NCBI GenBank assembly: GCA_963789955.1
Contig: CAWBMV010000035.1
Coordinates: 1 to 64,000 of the forward strand
Direction of reading: 5' to 3'
Source of the DNA: an uncultured Candidatus Rokubacteria bacterium
Lineage (GTDB): Bacteria > Methylomirabilota > Methylomirabilia > Rokubacteriales > CSP1-6
DNA length: 64,000 bases
Shown: in pieces, positions 61,293 through 64,000 of the stretch
Position numbering within the stretch: the first letter of the stretch is position 1
Layout: each line of letters starts with the position of its first letter
Position numbers and translations under genes: made by a program
Notes under the pieces: model-generated
What the model saw: the letters and a program-made list of their open reading frames with translations, nothing else
Told to the model about the DNA's origin: nothing
Databases searched by the model: none

Positions 61293-62240
61293 TATGGGTT
61301 CTACGCCATCCGGACTTTCGAGAAGTACACGGTCCCGGTGACCGCCGCGATCATGATGCTGATGAGCATCCTCGCCTGGAGCCGTCCCGGCGTCGTCAAC
61401 TGGGGACTCACCAGCTCGCTGCCGCCGGCCGCGCACATGGCCATGCTCTCCCTGCTGATGACGGCGATCGGCGTGGGCTGGGGAATCTCGTGGGTCACGT
61501 GGGCCTCGGACTACTCGCGCTTCGTGCCGCGGTCGGTCTCGTCAGCCGCCGTGTTCTGGTACAGCTACATCGGCATGCTCGTCCCTACGGTGTGGCTCGC
61601 CATACTCGGGGCAACCGTCGCCAGCGTGACCAAGGACACCGATCCGGCGAAAATGGTCAGCGCGGTGTTCGGCGGCGTCACGAGCATCCTGGTGCTGCTG
61701 ATGGTGCTGCACGGCCCGATTGCGACGAACATTCTGAACGTGTACTCGGCCGCCCTTGCCGCGCTCAGCATGGGTCTTCGGCTCTCGCGCACGGTCCTGG
61801 CGCTCGTCGCCGGCGTCGTCGGCTATCTCGTGACGATCTATTTCGTCTTCCAGCCCTCGTTCGCCAAGGCCTTCGACAACTGGATGATCAGCCTGCTGCT
61901 GTGGATGAGCCCGTGGGCCGGCGTCGTCCTGACCGACTTCTTCATCGTGCGACGCGGCCGCATCGACGTCGACGAGCTCTATCGCGAGCCCGAACGGAGC
62001 GCCTACGGCGACATCAACTGGGGTGCGATCGTCGCCTTTCTGGTCGGACTGGTCGCCGGCTGGTCGGTCGAAGACGGTCTCGTGCCCGCACTGCAGGGGC
62101 CCATCTCGACGAAGCTGCTGAGCGGCGCCGATCTCAGCTGGCTCGTCGGAATCGTCGTGGCCGGCGGCGTCTATCTGGCGGTCGGCCGCCGCGTCGCGCC
62201 GGCTCCCGTGTCGCAGCCGTTAGGCAGCGCCAGGCGGTAA
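61293..62240 (+). pseudogene. 5'-truncated purine-cytosine permease (NCS1 family)
   Basis: Family-like sequence begins at YGFYAIRTFEK; WASDYSR, NVYS, PWAGVVLTDF; the upstream in-frame sequence is not hydrophobic and is AT-richer. Confidence 0.7.
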
Positions 62241-62337
62241 GCAGGGCCGCTCGCCGTTCCTCCCGGGGCGTCGGGGTTTTCCCTGCGCCCGGTACCGGGT
62301 TCCTACCCGATTGCCTCTCCGCGCGGCAATTGGCTTA

Positions 62338-63258
62338 GTGAATTCGGTGCCCCTTCGAACGACCCTCAAGCGCCGACTGTATTCGACCGGCGTCTCGAGC
62401 GCGCTGGCGCGTCGTGACGGCGCGAGCTTCATTCTCGCCGCGCACATCGTGCTGGAGGAAGAAGCCGAGCAACTCGCGGCGATCATCCGCCTTCTGCAAC
62501 AAAGCTTCGCGTTGGTGTCGATCGACGAGTATCTCGACGCCTTGCATGCCGGGAAGTGCCGGAACCTGGTCACCCTGACCTTCGACGACGGCCTCCGCAA
62601 TCAACTCACGGTCGCTCACGAAGTCCTCTCGCGCCTCCGGGTGCCGGCAACCTTCTACGTGTGCCCAGCGCTGGTCGGCACACCCTTCTCGACGTGGACA
62701 TGGGAGCTCGAGCCTCGGCTCGCGCGCCTATCGAGCCTCCGCCGGCAAGAGATCTTCGCCCGCGGGTCGGCCGACTCGTTCGCCGCGTTCCTGCACGGGC
62801 TGAAGACGATGCCGCTCCGCCGGCGTGAAGCGCTCTGGGACGAGATCGTGAAGGCCACGCCGGAGTTCGCGTTCACTCCCGACGAAGAACGGCAGTTCGG
62901 CCTGATGGACTGGGCGGAGCTGGCGCGGCTGGACCAATCGCTGATCACCATCGGCTCCCACACGCACACGCACGTGGATCTGCCTCAAGTCGACGCCGAG
63001 CGACTGGAAGACGAGCTGGCCGCCAGCAAGGCCATGCTCCGAGAGAAGCTCGGGTACGACGCGCGACACTTCGCGTATCCGAACGGAAGCCACGACCAGC
63101 GGGCGTCACGGGCCGTGGCCCGGCACTTCGACTCCGGGGTGACGATGGAGCACCGCGCCGTCGGACGCGCGTCGGCGCCTCACCTGTTGCCACGCGTTCA
63201 CATCCAGTGGGATCCGTCGGAGCTGGCCTGGACCTTGGCGAGGGTCGCGCGTGACTGA
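62338..63258 (+). CDS. Polysaccharide deacetylase (CE4) family protein
   Basis: TLTFDDG, PATFYV, IGSHTHTH, FAYPNG. Confidence 0.88.
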   Translation: MNSVPLRTTLKRRLYSTGVSSALARRDGASFILAAHIVLEEEAEQLAAIIRLLQQSFALVSIDEYLDALHAGKCRNLVTLTFDDGLRNQLTVAHEVLSRLRVPATFYVCPALVGTPFSTWTWELEPRLARLSSLRRQEIFARGSADSFAAFLHGLKTMPLRRREALWDEIVKATPEFAFTPDEERQFGLMDWAELARLDQSLITIGSHTHTHVDLPQVDAERLEDELAASKAMLREKLGYDARHFAYPNGSHDQRASRAVARHFDSGVTMEHRAVGRASAPHLLPRVHIQWDPSELAWTLARVARD

Positions 63259-64000
63259 GCTAACGTCGTCCGATCGCGTGCTCGTACTCGACGGCTCGAG
63301 CCGCGCCGCGGTCGAGGCCGTGCAATCGCTCGGCAAGCGGGGCCTCGAGGTCCACGTAGCCGCGCGCTCGAACTGCCCGGCGTTTCACTCGCGCTGGGCG
63401 GCGAGCACGCTCGTCCAGCCGTCCACGTCGGACACGCAGCGGTTCACCGACTGGCTGCGCGCCTTGCCGGACGAGTACGCGCTCATCATTCCGGCCACGG
63501 GCTACAGCCTTCATCATCTCGCCGGCCTGCCGAACTCGGATCCGCTGCGTGAGCGCGCCGTCTTGCCCCCGCCGGACGCATTGCACATTGCCCTCGACAA
63601 GGCGCGAACGATCGACACGGCGGTCAGGCTGGGCATCAGTGCTCCCTCGTCCTCGCTCGTGACGAGCCTGGATGAGGCGGGCAAGCACCAGCCGCCGTGC
63701 GTGCTCAAGCCGACCCGCAGCGTGATCGAGAACGACGACGATCTGGGCGAGGTCTTTCCGGAGCTGGTCCACGACGCGGCGCACAGAAGGGAAGCGCTCG
63801 GGCGCCTGCTACACCGAGGTCCGGTGCTCGAGCAGGAGCTCGTGCCGGGCATCGGGATCGGCGTGGAATGCTTGTACGCGGACGGAACCCTGATCTGGCA
63901 CTTCGCGCACGAGCGGCTCCACGAGGGCACCGGCGGCGGGCTCGGCAGCGGGAGCTTCTATCGCAAGTCGATCGTCGCGCCGCCGCCGCTGCTCCAGGCC
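63251..64000 (+). CDS. ATP-grasp domain protein (runs off window; absent from the ORF track)
   Basis: Manual translation from GTG 63251: VLVLDGSSRAAVEAVQSLG, ALDK, VLKP, EQELVPGIG, HERLHE. Confidence 0.82.
   Translation, partial: MTELTSSDRVLVLDGSSRAAVEAVQSLGKRGLEVHVAARSNCPAFHSRWAASTLVQPSTSDTQRFTDWLRALPDEYALIIPATGYSLHHLAGLPNSDPLRERAVLPPPDALHIALDKARTIDTAVRLGISAPSSSLVTSLDEAGKHQPPCVLKPTRSVIENDDDLGEVFPELVHDAAHRREALGRLLHRGPVLEQELVPGIGIGVECLYADGTLIWHFAHERLHEGTGGGLGSGSFYRKSIVAPPPLLQA

Overview
A GC-rich bacterial chromosomal segment of about 65 densely packed genes. Gene content and style suggest Candidatus Rokubacteria/Methylomirabilota, but this is inference only. It is dominated by ABC transporters (sugar, two peptide/nickel binding proteins with a dpp operon, liv, NitT/TauT) and catabolic enzymes (five amidohydrolases, FAD oxidoreductases, two MetE-like proteins, a DUF1989 pair, nucleoside phosphorylases, TauD). 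Many genes between about 1 and 44 kb carry apparent single-base frameshifts, most likely long-read indel errors. No rRNA, tRNA, CRISPR array or intact transposase was seen. Highlights: (1) two distant small genes share a domain I do not recognise (LVV-x-x-DR..L...RAF.GN..V.(I/V)VLDRR...LRA(L/I)GW..VRL). One copy is fused to a Zn ribbon, the other to an IS21 transposase-like HTH, and both sit behind sigma54-type GG-N10-GC motifs also found before the slt-like and pal-like envelope genes. (2) A membrane protein with two PmoC/AmoC-like metal-site motifs lies in an operon with a TetR gene that has a clear double operator. (3) A nucleoside/base catabolic cluster includes a divergent proline-racemase homolog. 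(4) A peptidase-S51-like domain is fused to a CysRS-like C-terminal domain. (5) A 167-bp element is bounded by 37-bp inverted repeats.
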